64,000 nucleotides of DNA from Somniosus microcephalus. Its lineage: Eukaryota. Each line of letters begins with the position of its first letter. Position 1 is the first letter of the stretch. Location: contig CM126207.1 of NCBI GenBank assembly GCA_052327205.1, positions 251,162,001-251,226,000 on the forward strand, in the 5' to 3' direction. Positions 52,844 to 64,000 of this stretch are shown here, in pieces. The notes under the pieces are model-generated. The model searched no databases. It saw nothing but the letters and a program-made list of their open reading frames with translations, and was not told the origin of the DNA. Position numbers and translations under genes: made by a program.

Positions 52844-54519
52844 GGCTTCAGGCGCTATTTGGGTCCAGCAGCAGTGTTCAGGCCTAGCTGGAGGGCTGCA
52901 GTATCCAGGGCGTGGCAGCAGACCAAGTCGACCCTTCCCCCTTTAAGAGCTGGCCGGCATCAGGGTGTCTGCTGTCAATCAAAACATGACCGCACCTGCG
53001 CTGCGCCCGGCCTCGGCGTTATCACTGCACCGCCGGCTTAGCGCCTAAAGATAGGGGTGCAACGCCAGTTTCAGCGCTCGCCCAAACTCCTTGGCCAAAG
53101 CTACTGAATATCGGCGAAGTGGCCTCCACTTTCCGGCGGGCGCTAACTTTAGCCCCTGCCCGAATTTACCGCCCCAAAAGTGGCTATACTGAATTTCTAG
53201 GCCAATGTCTTCCAACACAACATACTGCAGAATGGCAATACTGTACTATCCTTGTAAATTCCTTATTTAAGGAAGCCCAAATAGCTCTTTGCTCTGAGTC
53301 AATGCCAAGTAGCCTCATTACATGGTAGCCTTAAAGTTGCAAGCATCAACGCTAGTTATTCTAACAGTTATGATGAAGTCATTCCTTTTCATTCCATTAC
53401 TCACACTTTTTATAGCCTAATTGCTGGAAATTTTTCAGCTGCTTCTTTTTCTTCTGGTCAGAGAGCTGTGCATGGACTTATTTAGGCCATCTGGGTCACA
53501 TGACAGCTCTTTTTCTCCAAGAACTAAGACCAGTAAGTGCTGTCACTGCAGACTCGCAGTTCCTGTAATGGTCTGATTTAAGTAACACACTGTTACCATA
53601 AGGGGCGGATTTTATACAGGAACTGGAGAGGATGTTATCCTATGAGTGAAAAGTTTAATGAAAGAGTAGATGTGAGGAAAGTAAGTTCTGTAATTTCCAT
53701 TGCTCATTTCAGCGTTAGTCATAGCTTCAAATGGGAGTAATAAAATGGGGGGGGGGAAAAAGAATAGAATGATTGTGAAGGGCATGTTAATGACTGTGGA
53801 GATCTTGTTAAAGGCCTGAGTTAAGAAAGATGCGCATTTTTCCTCCTGTGGGTTATTTTAAAGAAAATAATGTTGTTTACCTCCCATTCAGAGTGGGAGT
53901 AAGCTCCAAGAAGTGCAAGTGTTGCCTATACCCACACACAAGTGGATTGTGTAGAGGAATTTTCATTCCTACAGAATGGGTGAAATGGGCATAGTTGTCT
54001 GTATCATGGTACAGTGTGACCATAGTTGGAGGTACACCACTTGCAGATGAACTATTCCAGGGAATGGATGTACTGCACTAGGATCAGTTACCTGGACAGA
54101 GGACCAGTGTACGGGTTGTAGGGGGCTGTGACTGTCATCTAGCCCATGAAGATCTGCACGCACAGCCAACCATCCAAGATTACCTCATTTGTGAAGGAAA
54201 TGAGCTGGCCGCTGGAGTTTATTTTTCTTTTCATTTGTGAAACTTGGCAGAAATAGTACTTCACGATATATTTTTGAGATGTGTTAAATTTTATGTGAGA
54301 TTGAATTTCATATCACCACACAATTTGGAGGGAATCTTTTAACAAAAAAAAAGGAGGATCCACTAACAAAATCCTTCATTTCAAAGTTGCATGTTCCTCT
54401 GATTTTGTTAGTGAGCCATTAATTATGGATAAAAAAGATGGCAATGCATGATGGGGAAGGGAGCGCAAGGCTGAAAAAGGAAATGCATAACGAAGATTCA
54501 CAGATTGTCTTACAGACAT

Positions 54520-54620
54520 AACCTAAAATAAAAACATAAAATGCTGGGAAAACTTATCATCTGTGAAGAGAAAAAGACAGGTTTTGATGTTTCAGCGTGT
54601 ATACTCTTCATCAGGTTAAA
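54520..54620 (-). mobile_element. Penelope pLTR-like fragment with hammerhead-like core
   Basis: Minus strand CTGATGA AGAGT ATAC ACGCT GAAAC ATC, followed by ...acagatg...cagcatttt. Confidence 0.5.
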
Positions 54621-54678
54621 AAGCTTTGATGAATTGGAACCATCTGCTAGTCTTAATCCAAAGTGAATAAAGCTCAAG

Positions 54679-55259
54679 GGTTTGGATCTTGCTCCACTAT
54701 CGCGCCTCCAATTGGAAACGGCAGCAATATTGTGCGGCAAGGCCCACTAATGTATTTCTGCCTCAGTCTTGATTTCTCTCATTGCCCCACCCTAACTGCA
54801 AGGCCGCTGACTGCCCTTTCCCTGCAAGTAAACAACGGCGAGGATGTAGGTTCTAGAAAGCTCTCCCATTTCCCTGTCCTCCACCACTGATCCCACTGAG
54901 CCGAGGAACTACCAGGAGATGGGGGGGAGGAGATGGTCATCCCCTGGGGCAGCAGTAGAAGGTTTGCTGGACACCCTTTCAGAACCTGGCCGCTCACCGG
55001 CCCAGCCTGAGGCCTAAATAAAACCCTTATGGTGGCCCCACTGCAGCACTGCTGGTGCTCTTCTCCGCTGGCAGTGGGGTGGGCTCCCTGTCGGTGATCG
55101 ACATCCTGCCGAGAGCCTACCCTGTATAACTAATAATGGCCCCCAACTCAGAAAAATAGGTCGGGCTCACAAGGGGACTGAGTAGCAGGCAGATGTTCCA
55201 CCCCAAACTTCCTGCGGGGTGAGGAGGGGGGGGGGGGGGGTTTGAGGAAAATCCAGGCC
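54679..55259. mobile_element. Degenerate Harbinger-like MITE
   Basis: Right end ggaaaatccaggcc; left ggtttggatcttgc (10/14 to its reverse complement); GC-rich interior. Confidence 0.35.
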
Positions 55260-55290
55260 AAAATGTCAAACAAAATGTTTTAAGCTACTA

Positions 55291-55906
55291 CAGGTAGACT
55301 ATCCTTTATCCGAAAACCTCGGGACCAGCCGTGTTTCGGTTTTAGGAAAATTTCGGATTTCGGAAGGTGCGCGAAAACACTTCGGTTTTCAGAGTAATTC
55401 GGTTTGCGGGAGTGCGGATAAAGGATGCACTATCCCTTATCCGAAAGGGTGGGGGTCGGCGGGGGATCGGGGTCGGCGGGGGGGTCAGGGGTGGGGGTCG
55501 GCGGGGTCGGGGGTGGGGTTCGGCGGGGGTGGGGTTCGGCGGGGGGTCGTGGGGGTCGGGGGTTGGTGGGGGTCGGGTGGGGTCGGGGTGGGGGTCGGCG
55601 GGGGTCGGGGTCGTGCGCAAGACTTACGCTGAGCGATTTCGGTTTTCAGAAGTCATGCTTTGCGCCACTTTCGGCTTTTAGAGGTTTTCTGGTTTCGGAT
55701 GTGCGGATAAAGGCTGGTACACTTACGCTGAGCGATTTCGGTTTTCAGAAGTGCGGAAAAATGCTACACTATCCCTTATCCGGCTAGGCCTGTAAGTCGT
55801 GCGCCACTCTGGTCATGTCGTGCGCATGACTTACGCTGACCGAAAAAACCTTCGGTTTTTAGAGGGTTTCGGTTTTCGGAAGTCCGGATAAAGGGTAGTC
55901 TACCTA
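55291..55906. mobile_element. Tc1/mariner-type (pogo/Tigger-like) MITE, 616 bp
   Basis: TA|CAGGTAGACTATCCTTTATCCG ... CGGATAAAGGGTAGTCTACCTA|TA. Confidence 0.85.
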
Positions 55907-56589
55907 TACTTACATCCTGCATTACTGTTGCAAAAATAAAACAACGTTTCCTTTGAAAGAAAGAATTGCGTTTGATATGCTTATATGCAATCAGTGGCAG
56001 TGACAGGCTTGGCGAGGTATCTGTAGGTTTCTTCATATAAATTGCTTTGATTGATTTTGTTAAATCGGAAAGAAAAGACAAACTTTCATATTCTGACCGA
56101 CCATGAAGATAATGCAAACTCAATGTTGGCTTTTAAATGGCTAATCACAAGTTTTGTTGTGCTAATAATGTTAGTCATGTGGAATTACTGCAGTCAACAG
56201 AATGAGATTAGTCAATTCAGACTTTGTAAATCATTCTTTTGTAATGCTATTTTTTTTCTCATTTGTCTGTGTTTTTGATACTTTTTCTCATTTTCAGGGT
56301 GATATTCCAGGTTGAAGTTGTTTTCTCCATTTCATTTTTGTTGAGGTGCCTTATTGTTAGAGGCCTATTATTGATGGCAGGGTCGACAGTTGTCGCAAAT
56401 ATGAAGCTGGTTAGCTTGGAGAACCTGATGGCTTTGGAGACCCACATTTCTGTGAATATTGTGTTGCCCTTCTGTTTTGACTTGTTTCTTCATGCTAAGA
56501 TTTTTTTTGGGAAACAATGGTACCACCAAACTTAAAGGGGGCAAGCAGCCCACTGAGGTCTTGGGTCTCTAGGGACTACATATATTTCG

Positions 56590-56880
56590 TATAAAATAAA
56601 AGCAGAAACAGAAAATGCTGGAAATACTCAGCAAGTCAGGCAACATCCATGGAGAGAGAAACAGAGTTAACGGGCTGGATTTTACGAACCTCGGCGGGTC
56701 CATGGCGGGTCCCGACCCCGCTGCTGTCTCCATTCCGGCCTCTGAAATACATTTCCGATGATTGGGCTTGTTAAGCCTGCCCAGCCGGTTTCCTTAAAGG
56801 GACCGTGGCCAACTTTATTTTGACATTTGTGTTGTCAGTGTTCTACAGCATTGAGGTGCTGCAAACACTGACAAGCACAC
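56590..56880. mobile_element. Penelope pLTR fragment (56590-56671) joined to a Harbinger terminal fragment (56672-56880)
   Basis: ...gagagagaaacagagttaac followed directly by gggctggattttacgaacctcggcgggtcc; the latter is an inverted homologue of 39795-40082. Confidence 0.65.
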
Positions 56881-57254
56881 ACAAAAACTGATCAACATGG
56901 GAAATTATTAACGGGGAAGTAAAAGCAGAGGCATCTTAGGGTAGAGTCCAGGAGCAATTGTATGCATGCTTTCACTAGGTTTCCTTATACTTTTAAACAA
57001 TGGCTTGTGCCATCTCAGAACATACACTCCAGGTCAGATCAGCCATGATCTAATTGAATGGCAGATCAGGCTCGAGGGGATGAAAGGCCTACTCCTGTTT
57101 CTATATTCCATTAACTGCTTTTACTTTGGGTTTATCTTGTATTTTGAAATTCAAGTCTCGTTTTTCTGGTTTGCTAGTTTAGATTGCTGCAAAGAGGGAA
57201 AAATTCCCCAAAAGACTTAGCTTAATTGTCAAGTTCCCCAAATCCCCTCCATGT

Positions 57255-58015
57255 TTGAGCTTGGTTTAATTGATATTACTCTTGCCTCTGAGTCATAAAC
57301 ACTATCCTGGACATTTGAGTTTATGATCTAAGCTAACACTCTAGTGACATACTAAAAGTGTGTTACAAATGCTATCCTTCATTTGCGACATTAAACTGGA
57401 GCCCGTCTGTCTCTTCTGGTGGATGTTAAAGATTTCAAGGTACTGTTCGAAGGAGATAGAAGTATATAGAAGCAGACTGTTTCCCATAGTTGAGGTGTCA
57501 AGAATGAGGGACTATAGATACAAGATTAAATGTGAGAGATATAGTAGAGAGCAGGAGAAACTTCTTTACACGGAGACTTATAAAGAAGTGGAATTCACTT
57601 GCAGGGTTAGTGGTCGAGGCAGAAACTATGTCAACGTTCAAGATTAGATTAAAGAGGTGGATGAAAAAAAGGGGTTGAAGGGATATAGGAACAGGATGGG
57701 TAAATGTTTAGAGCTATTTGCTCATTGGAGCGGAAACACCATCATGGACTGGGTGGGTTGAATGGCCTGCTTCCATTTTGTAATTTCTATGCAAGAGCAA
57801 GGAATTCTCTCTGTACCCTGGCCAACATTTTTTTCCTTAACAATCACCATCAAAAACAGATTGACTGCCCATTCATCTCACTGTACTGTTTGTGGTAATC
57901 TTTCTTTGCAAAATGGATGCCATGTTTGCCTATATAACTGTCACTGAACGTCAAAGTAATTCATTCAATATGAAGCACTTTCGAATGTTTGAGGGGTATC
58001 ATTAGGTGCTGTATA
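57255..58015 (+). mobile_element. DeuSINE interrupted by a CR1 3' fragment (~57455-57790)
   Basis: Deu core breaks after actgttcgaag and resumes at aagagcaaggaattctct after the CR1 tail taatttctatg. Confidence 0.6.
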
Positions 58016-59514
58016 TATTTTCCAAGTTTATAAATACTTTCACAGTCTCTGAATTGATATGTATTGTGTATGGTCGCCAAGTCTATAGCATGCAATATGC
58101 TTTCTGTAACTTAATATTTGCTGGTACATTTCTTTTCTTTGAGAGTACTGCAATCGAATTTTTATTGAAGCGTGTTCTTGTTTGACTAGAACAGTAACCC
58201 ATCTGGGTGGTGGTCAACAGGTTCAGCTTCTTAACGCTGTGAGGTGCTGTGGTGGAGCATAACTGAGTGGCAGGTCATGGATTCAGCTCCCGTGATTTCT
58301 CTTTGTAACAAGCTCTTGATATCAGTCATGCCATTCCCAGAAGGAGAGAAGGAACATTGGAGGACATGACATCCCGCAATCCCAGCCGTGAGCTCAAATG
58401 TCAGCATTGCGAGAGCTGTGGTATGGGATTGGGAGGGGTCTGGGAAGGAGGGAGGGAACTTGAAAAGGATAGGAGATATATTAACGTTAAAAAAAAAAAT
58501 TGTAGTTAGAGGGAAATAAAATCAAATCCTTCCATCTATTACCTAGATAGCAAAACAGAATAAGTCGGGTTTGACTGGAAGACTGTTTTATTGCATGCAT
58601 AGTATCTTCTTCTCGGATCTCTGGAACTGACTCGTTTTCATTGGCACAGGATGTAAAATAGCTCTGCATAAATGCATATCCTCCTTGTATGCCTCAGTGT
58701 TTTTTTGCTATTTTTACAGTGTGGTGCCTGTTATTTACATATTTCACATAACTTTCTGACGTGTTTACATATACAGTGCGAGTGGGGATTCCTCTGATCG
58801 GGTAGCACAGGTTTTGTACAAACGCAGGCAATAACATTTGCATCCATCTTCTTCATTTAATCAATTTACATCAAATTTTCTGGTGCTTGTTCTGTACAGC
58901 TAAGTCAGTTCTGGTGTATTGTAGGGTGCCTGATTATTTGGTACGCCAGTTTCTATTGTTTACTCGAGGTTTTATTGCTGCACAGAGAACTGTTTATATA
59001 GCACCTCGCCTTGCGTCAGATGCCTGCTTGGCATTGCTCCTGATCTTAAGTCCCTTTTTACTCACAGATGGAGAGTTTGGATTAGTTGTCTCATCGCCTG
59101 GATTAATATTGCCTCAGAGGGTTGGATCTGTTTACTTAGTGAGTCGTAAACAGTCTTTGCTTGCAAGTTAGTTGATGTGCACATAGTTTGGTGTATGTTT
59201 GTAACACACAAAATTTGTCCCCTTCCCATTCGAGTGATTTAAAAAAAACTTCTGGATTGCTGTAAAAATTGTACGTACGTAACAAATTGAGAGCCTTTAA
59301 AGAGATGTTTTTAGATCAGGTCAAAGCATCATTTTACTCTTGAGTTCCCACTATGCTTTAATAAGAATTAATGGATCTCCCATAGCATTGCTCACAGTAA
59401 GTCAAATGTTGCATTGCTTTGTAATGACAGGAGCATTATACCATGTAACATACAATGTATTATTCTGCTGTTAAGGTGTCTGTGTTTAAATTGACATGAT
59501 CTTTTAAGCAGGTA

Positions 59515-59918
59515 CAGTGGCGTAGTGGTTATGTTACTGGACTAGTAATCCAGAGACATGAGTTTAAATCCCACCAGGGCAGCTGGGGAATTTAAATTCA
59601 GGTAATTAAATTTTGGAATGAAAAGTTAGTATCAGTAATGGTGACCATGAAACTACCGGATTATTGTAAAAACCCAACTTTAGGGAAGAAAACCTGCCGC
59701 CCTTACCTGGTCTGGCCTGTATGTGACTCCAGACCCACGGCAACGTGGTTGATTCTTAACTGCCCTCTGAAATGGCCTAGCAAGCTACTCAGTTGCATCA
59801 AAGCGCTACGAAAAACACTACCTTCACCACACAGATTGCAGCGGTTCAAGAAGGCAGCTCACCACCAGCTCCTCAAGGGCAATTAGGGATGGGCAATACA
59901 TCCAATGAATAAAAAAAT
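59515..59918 (+). mobile_element. tRNA-derived SINE with LINE-like tail
   Basis: A box tggcgtagtgg, B-box-like gagtttaaatcc, tail caagggcaattagggatgggcaata and an A-rich end. Confidence 0.75.
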
Positions 59919-62900
59919 AGTATTAATTCTGTCAATTCTGACATCAGTCAGAGGTTCATGGCTTTCAATGAGGGAAGTTTGTAGATTGACTATTGCTTGT
60001 AAATTTATGGCCTCACACCAGAAGAAAGTAGCTTGAACTGATTTTCTATTTTTTTATGCATTTGACATCTTGGAATGTGATGCTTAGAGTGTAATGGAAA
60101 CACATTGCATACAAGACCTTTTATATATTTTTATATAGATGGATTATGATTAGCTTTAGCATAATTCTTTTATCTTCCACTGTGTTTGTCTTGATCTTGG
60201 TTTTTAAATTCTCTGATAGCTTTACTGGGGGAACTAATTTGGAGAAGTTGTTGACTTCAAAGTGTGAGGGAGCTCAATTAATGTTGGGAGTTTTCCAGTA
60301 GGCAGGAATTAGAGGGCCTGTTATCCTTTTGGATAATAGTTAGATGTCCCTCCTCAGATACTGGTAAGGGCAGTATTAAACACTTCAATTTGCCAAGAGT
60401 TTCAACAGCTGAAATGAAGAGTACCAGTGCTGTACAGGCCAGGAATGTCTAGCCTAATAAGAATGTGCTGGCTTGATGAACAAAATTAAGGAAAGCCCAC
60501 CCTCACTGTCTCGGTTGCTGTGATTTCTGTCCTATTGACGACGTCATTCCAGCTATATCCAGGGTAAAGAGCTTACGTTTTACTGGATGCTTTTTATTCC
60601 TCGCTGTCATTAAACAAAGCAATTTTGACGATCTTCTCATTTCAAGACGCACTTGTTAATTTAGCTATGTCACATTGTCAGCCTTACCTACTTTCTCGAC
60701 CAGTTGCCCCCATGATGTCATTAGCACTGACTGTGTTTTTAAAAAAGAAATAAATGAGAAAAAGATGTTAAAGTTAAAGTTAATCATTTTCTAAACTTTA
60801 TTTTTCAAAAATCTTTCTGGTGGTAAGGCTCCCTCTTTCATGTCAAATCTTTATGATACAGAGAAAAGCTCAAATTAACAGGGGAACATTACTACGCCGC
60901 CAGGCTTAAACTCATAGCTTAATTACACCCGGGAGGCTGGCATGCGCAAGGTGCATTAAACAAACATCATCTCACTTGCGCTAGCTGGATTAAAATGTTC
61001 CCAAGACAATGATGCAATGGTTTTCTCCAATATTTGAGAATTTACTGGCCTCATTATAACTATCCATAGGAAACCTAATCTCCTCTGAGGGAAACATACT
61101 GAGTTAAAAGTCCAATTGTTTCCACAGTGGGAGTGGGAATTGACCTTTGACACTTATTGAGAAGTAATGGAAAATATGGGATTTTATTTGAGAAAAATAT
61201 GTATCACATCCTACGATTTGTAAGTAGTTGGAGTCCTGCCCAGATTTTCGGTACACCCATCAGGTATGAAAGAATGGGGCTGTCAAGGTTGAAGGATTTT
61301 CCTTTCTTCTTTACTGGCTCATTGTGACCTCCTGGTAACCGTCCTTCTCTCTACTGAAGGTCCTTCTGTTATGCATTCACATGATTGTCACAGCTCTTTC
61401 TCATTGTACTTTCTAACATTTTGTTTTGCTAATGAAAAGGCATTGCTGCCATGGGGTTTTTGTTTTACATTTTTCATAAAAGGGGTATTTCTTTCCAAGT
61501 GCAGTTAAAGTGCCATAAAAAATAAGGCCTCCGTGCTTTAGAAACCAGAATATTGTTTCTGAGCTGTCATAGTATTTATGCTAAATTAGATTAAATCAAC
61601 TTTAGGACTACATGAAGGTTAAAATAGGTGACCTTTTCTGTAAAGTAGGCTGCAAAATATCTACTTGCTTTTGATTAATTGAAGATCACACTTGGGGTTG
61701 AGACAAATATAAATTACAGACTGAACTGTTTGTGAACAAATAATTTCTGAAGCACACCTCAAACTGCCTCCTTTATCCTTGCTTCTTTTGAAGGGGCTCC
61801 CTGCTGTAGGGCTACAGTTCCATGGGTGCCACCTGCCCTCTGGTACTTCACCATTCTCCATGTGTGAGTTAGACAGTGAGTGATAGCAGGCTGTTTGACA
61901 AGGGGGTGCATCACAGCCGAGCCAGAACCTTCTCATCTAACTTCCATGCCTGTGCAGTCTCCAGCAAAAGCCAACAGATAGTAATCAGGAGAAGAACCCT
62001 CTTGTGATGGTGGCTTCTACCATCTCTATCCCAGGAACATTGAGGCCGACTGTAACACCCCAACTGCTGCCCCTTCTATGATCCGCTATCTCAGCACAGA
62101 TTTTAACTTCTTTTCTGGTTTGAGCCTAGTGTATTTTTATTAAACTAACACTGCCCATTACTAATGTGAAGATAATTCACCTGTTTCGCGATCACTTACT
62201 TTGGAACTATTATTTCTTTTGCTTATTAATCTATTTATGTTCTCTTTCAATTATTCACATTTCAACATCACATATATTAGTCACTATTTTAATGATTAAA
62301 TGGTTTCCTGTTGAGAATCTTTTTTTTCCAGAAGGTGACTTGGCTTTCAACAGAAACAATCCCTACTCTGACTTCGTAGTATCTGTTTTAACCCGATGTT
62401 AAAATGAAGCTTTGGGTTGTTCTCCTTCTGCTGTGCTTCTGTCATCTTGTAATCCATTCATAACCAGTCCAGTAGCATTACCTGCCAATTAGAAACTAGA
62501 AAGTAGCACTCAAAACAATATGAAGCTTTTCTGCCTACAGGAGCCTAATTTAAAAAAAAAAGATTTCTGATCAGCCCTGGTGGACTCGCTGGATAGATGA
62601 AAAACTGAAATTTTTCTTACCGAAAAGACCCCAGAGTGGATTACAGCTCTGTGGAAATATGGTTGTTCATTTTCACCAGACATCTTCCCTGGATCAGAGA
62701 GAAATATCAACCAACTGGCAGGAACTTTTAAAATTTGCACACATTCTCCCAGTTTCCCCATCTCCGTCGCATCTGTCTGACAATGCCACAATTCACACCA
62801 GTGCTTCCGATATGTCTTCCTTTTTCCTCAACCGAGGATTCCCCTCCACTGTGGTTGACAGGGTCCTCGACCATGTCTGTCCCATTTACCGCACTTCTGA

Positions 62901-63475
62901 CCTCACACCTTCCCCTTCCTCCCAGAACCATGATAGGGTTCCCCTTGTCCTCACCCTCCACCCCACCAGGCTCCACATTCAACGGATCATCCTCCGCCAT
63001 TTCCACCACCTTCTTCCATCACCCCCAACACTCACTCCCCTTCCCACGGCACCTTCCCGTGCAAGCCCAGGAGATGCAATACCTACCCTTTCATCTCCTC
63101 CCTTCCCACCGTCTAGGGCCCTAAACACTCCTTCCAGGTGAAACGGCAATTTACTTGCACTTCTTTCAATTTAGTATACTGTATTCGCTGTTCACGATGT
63201 GGTCTCCTCTACACTGGGGAGACGAAATGCAGATTGGGTGATTGCTTTGCTAAACGTCTCCATTTAGTCTGCAAGTGTGACCCTGAGCTTCCGGTCGCTT
63301 GCCATTTTAATTCTCTGTCTCAATCCCACTCTGACCTCTCTGTCCTCGGCCAGTTACACTGTTCCAATGAAACTCAACAGAAGCTTGAGGAACAGCACCT
63401 CATCTTTTGATTAGGCACGTTACAGCCTTCTGGACTCAACATTGAGTACAACTTCAGATCATAACCACTGCTCCC

Positions 63476-63704
63476 TGATGTAAGAAAACTACTAGGCACT
63501 TGGTCTAAGCGTTAAACAAAACTTTAATCAACTGTTTTACAACATGGAAGTCTAGTTGTGTCCTTCACTAGTTCCTGTTAAAGAATGTCCTGAGCAAGCT
63601 GGGCCCATGCCTGAGTATTTATACTCTCCCTGGACAGCGCCACCAGCAGGCCACCCAGTATCATTTCATAAGTCATTTCCACATGAATGACAAGATTCAG
63701 GTCA
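63476..63704 (-). mobile_element. Solo LTR (229 bp) nested in the Penelope element
   Basis: TGA...TCA ends; exact 5-bp TSD CTCCC at 63471-63475 and 63705-63709; TATAAATA and ATTAAA on the minus strand. Confidence 0.85.
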
Positions 63705-63971
63705 CTCCCATTTTTTCATTCAGCGGGTGCTGGTAATGGTTCTGCTGCTGCCATTTACAGCTCCTCTAAACCCATCTTTTGTTTCTTTACTTGTTCCATT
63801 CCCACCCCCTTTTGCCTTGCACCATTATCCCCTTTCCCATTTAATCACTCCTGCCTTCCACCCTATCACAGACCTTCTCTTTTTTGTTCTTTCTTCCCCT
63901 CTTCCTCCTCTTCCACCTTCTTTCCCGGCCTTTGTACTTGCTTAAAAACTGTTAGATCACTAACTTCTTTC

Positions 63972-64000
63972 AATTCTGACGAAGGGTCATCGACCTGAAA
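63972..64000 (+). ncRNA. Hammerhead ribozyme core in the Penelope pLTR, cut by the window end
   Basis: CTGACGA(63976-63982)-A-GGGTC-ATC-GACCT-GAAA. Confidence 0.6.

Larger units (their letters stand above)
48827..53203. mobile_element. Full-length, putatively autonomous PIF/Harbinger DNA transposon (4,377 bp)
   Basis: Perfect 16-bp TIRs GGCCTAGAAATTCAGT / ACTGAATTTCTAGGCC; 3-bp TSD AAT at 48824-48826 and 53204-53206; two convergent genes. Confidence 0.95.
62740..64000 (+). mobile_element. Penelope-like retroelement 3' part (RT C-terminus, GIY-YIG endonuclease, pLTR), decayed
   Basis: FSQFPHLRRIC, FFLNRGFP, NLVYCIRCSRCGLLYTGETKCRL and PVACHFN peptides; pLTR ends in a hammerhead core. Confidence 0.88.

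Noticed and set aside
55342-55787. Gly-rich and Pro-rich ORFs
   Set aside because: Translation artefacts of the (GGGGTC)n tract in the MITE.
14449-64000. Further CMIP coding exons
   Set aside because: No PTGYMENSV-like exon 2 peptide was found by eye or in the ORF track; a short exon could have been missed, and TBLASTN with CMIP would settle it.

Overview
Eukaryotic genomic DNA. The repeat inventory (SacSINE1/Deu-type SINEs, LF-SINE-like relics, CR1 tails ending in ATTCTATG repeats, Penelope elements) suggests a cartilaginous fish; this is inference. The only host gene recognised is CMIP (c-Maf-inducing protein): its first coding exon is at 9237-9530 (+), and the rest of the window appears to be intron 1, since exon 2 was not found. 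A candidate alternative (Tc-Mip-like) promoter/first exon lies at ~14.1-14.45 kb. Upstream is a decayed Gypsy (Mag-like) LTR retrotransposon on the minus strand. The intron contains a 25-bp minisatellite (~1.9 kb), many CR1/L2/SINE fragments and an apparently intact 4,377-bp PIF/Harbinger transposon (perfect 16-bp TIRs, AAT TSD, DDE transposase and a convergent 3-exon Myb/SANT gene). It also holds older Harbinger relics, a TA-flanked MITE with a G-rich core, Penelope fragments with minimal hammerhead-ribozyme motifs, a solo LTR nested in a Penelope element, a perfect 47-bp hairpin and a templated local duplication. Family assignments come from motif recognition by eye and recalled consensus sequences; no searches were run.
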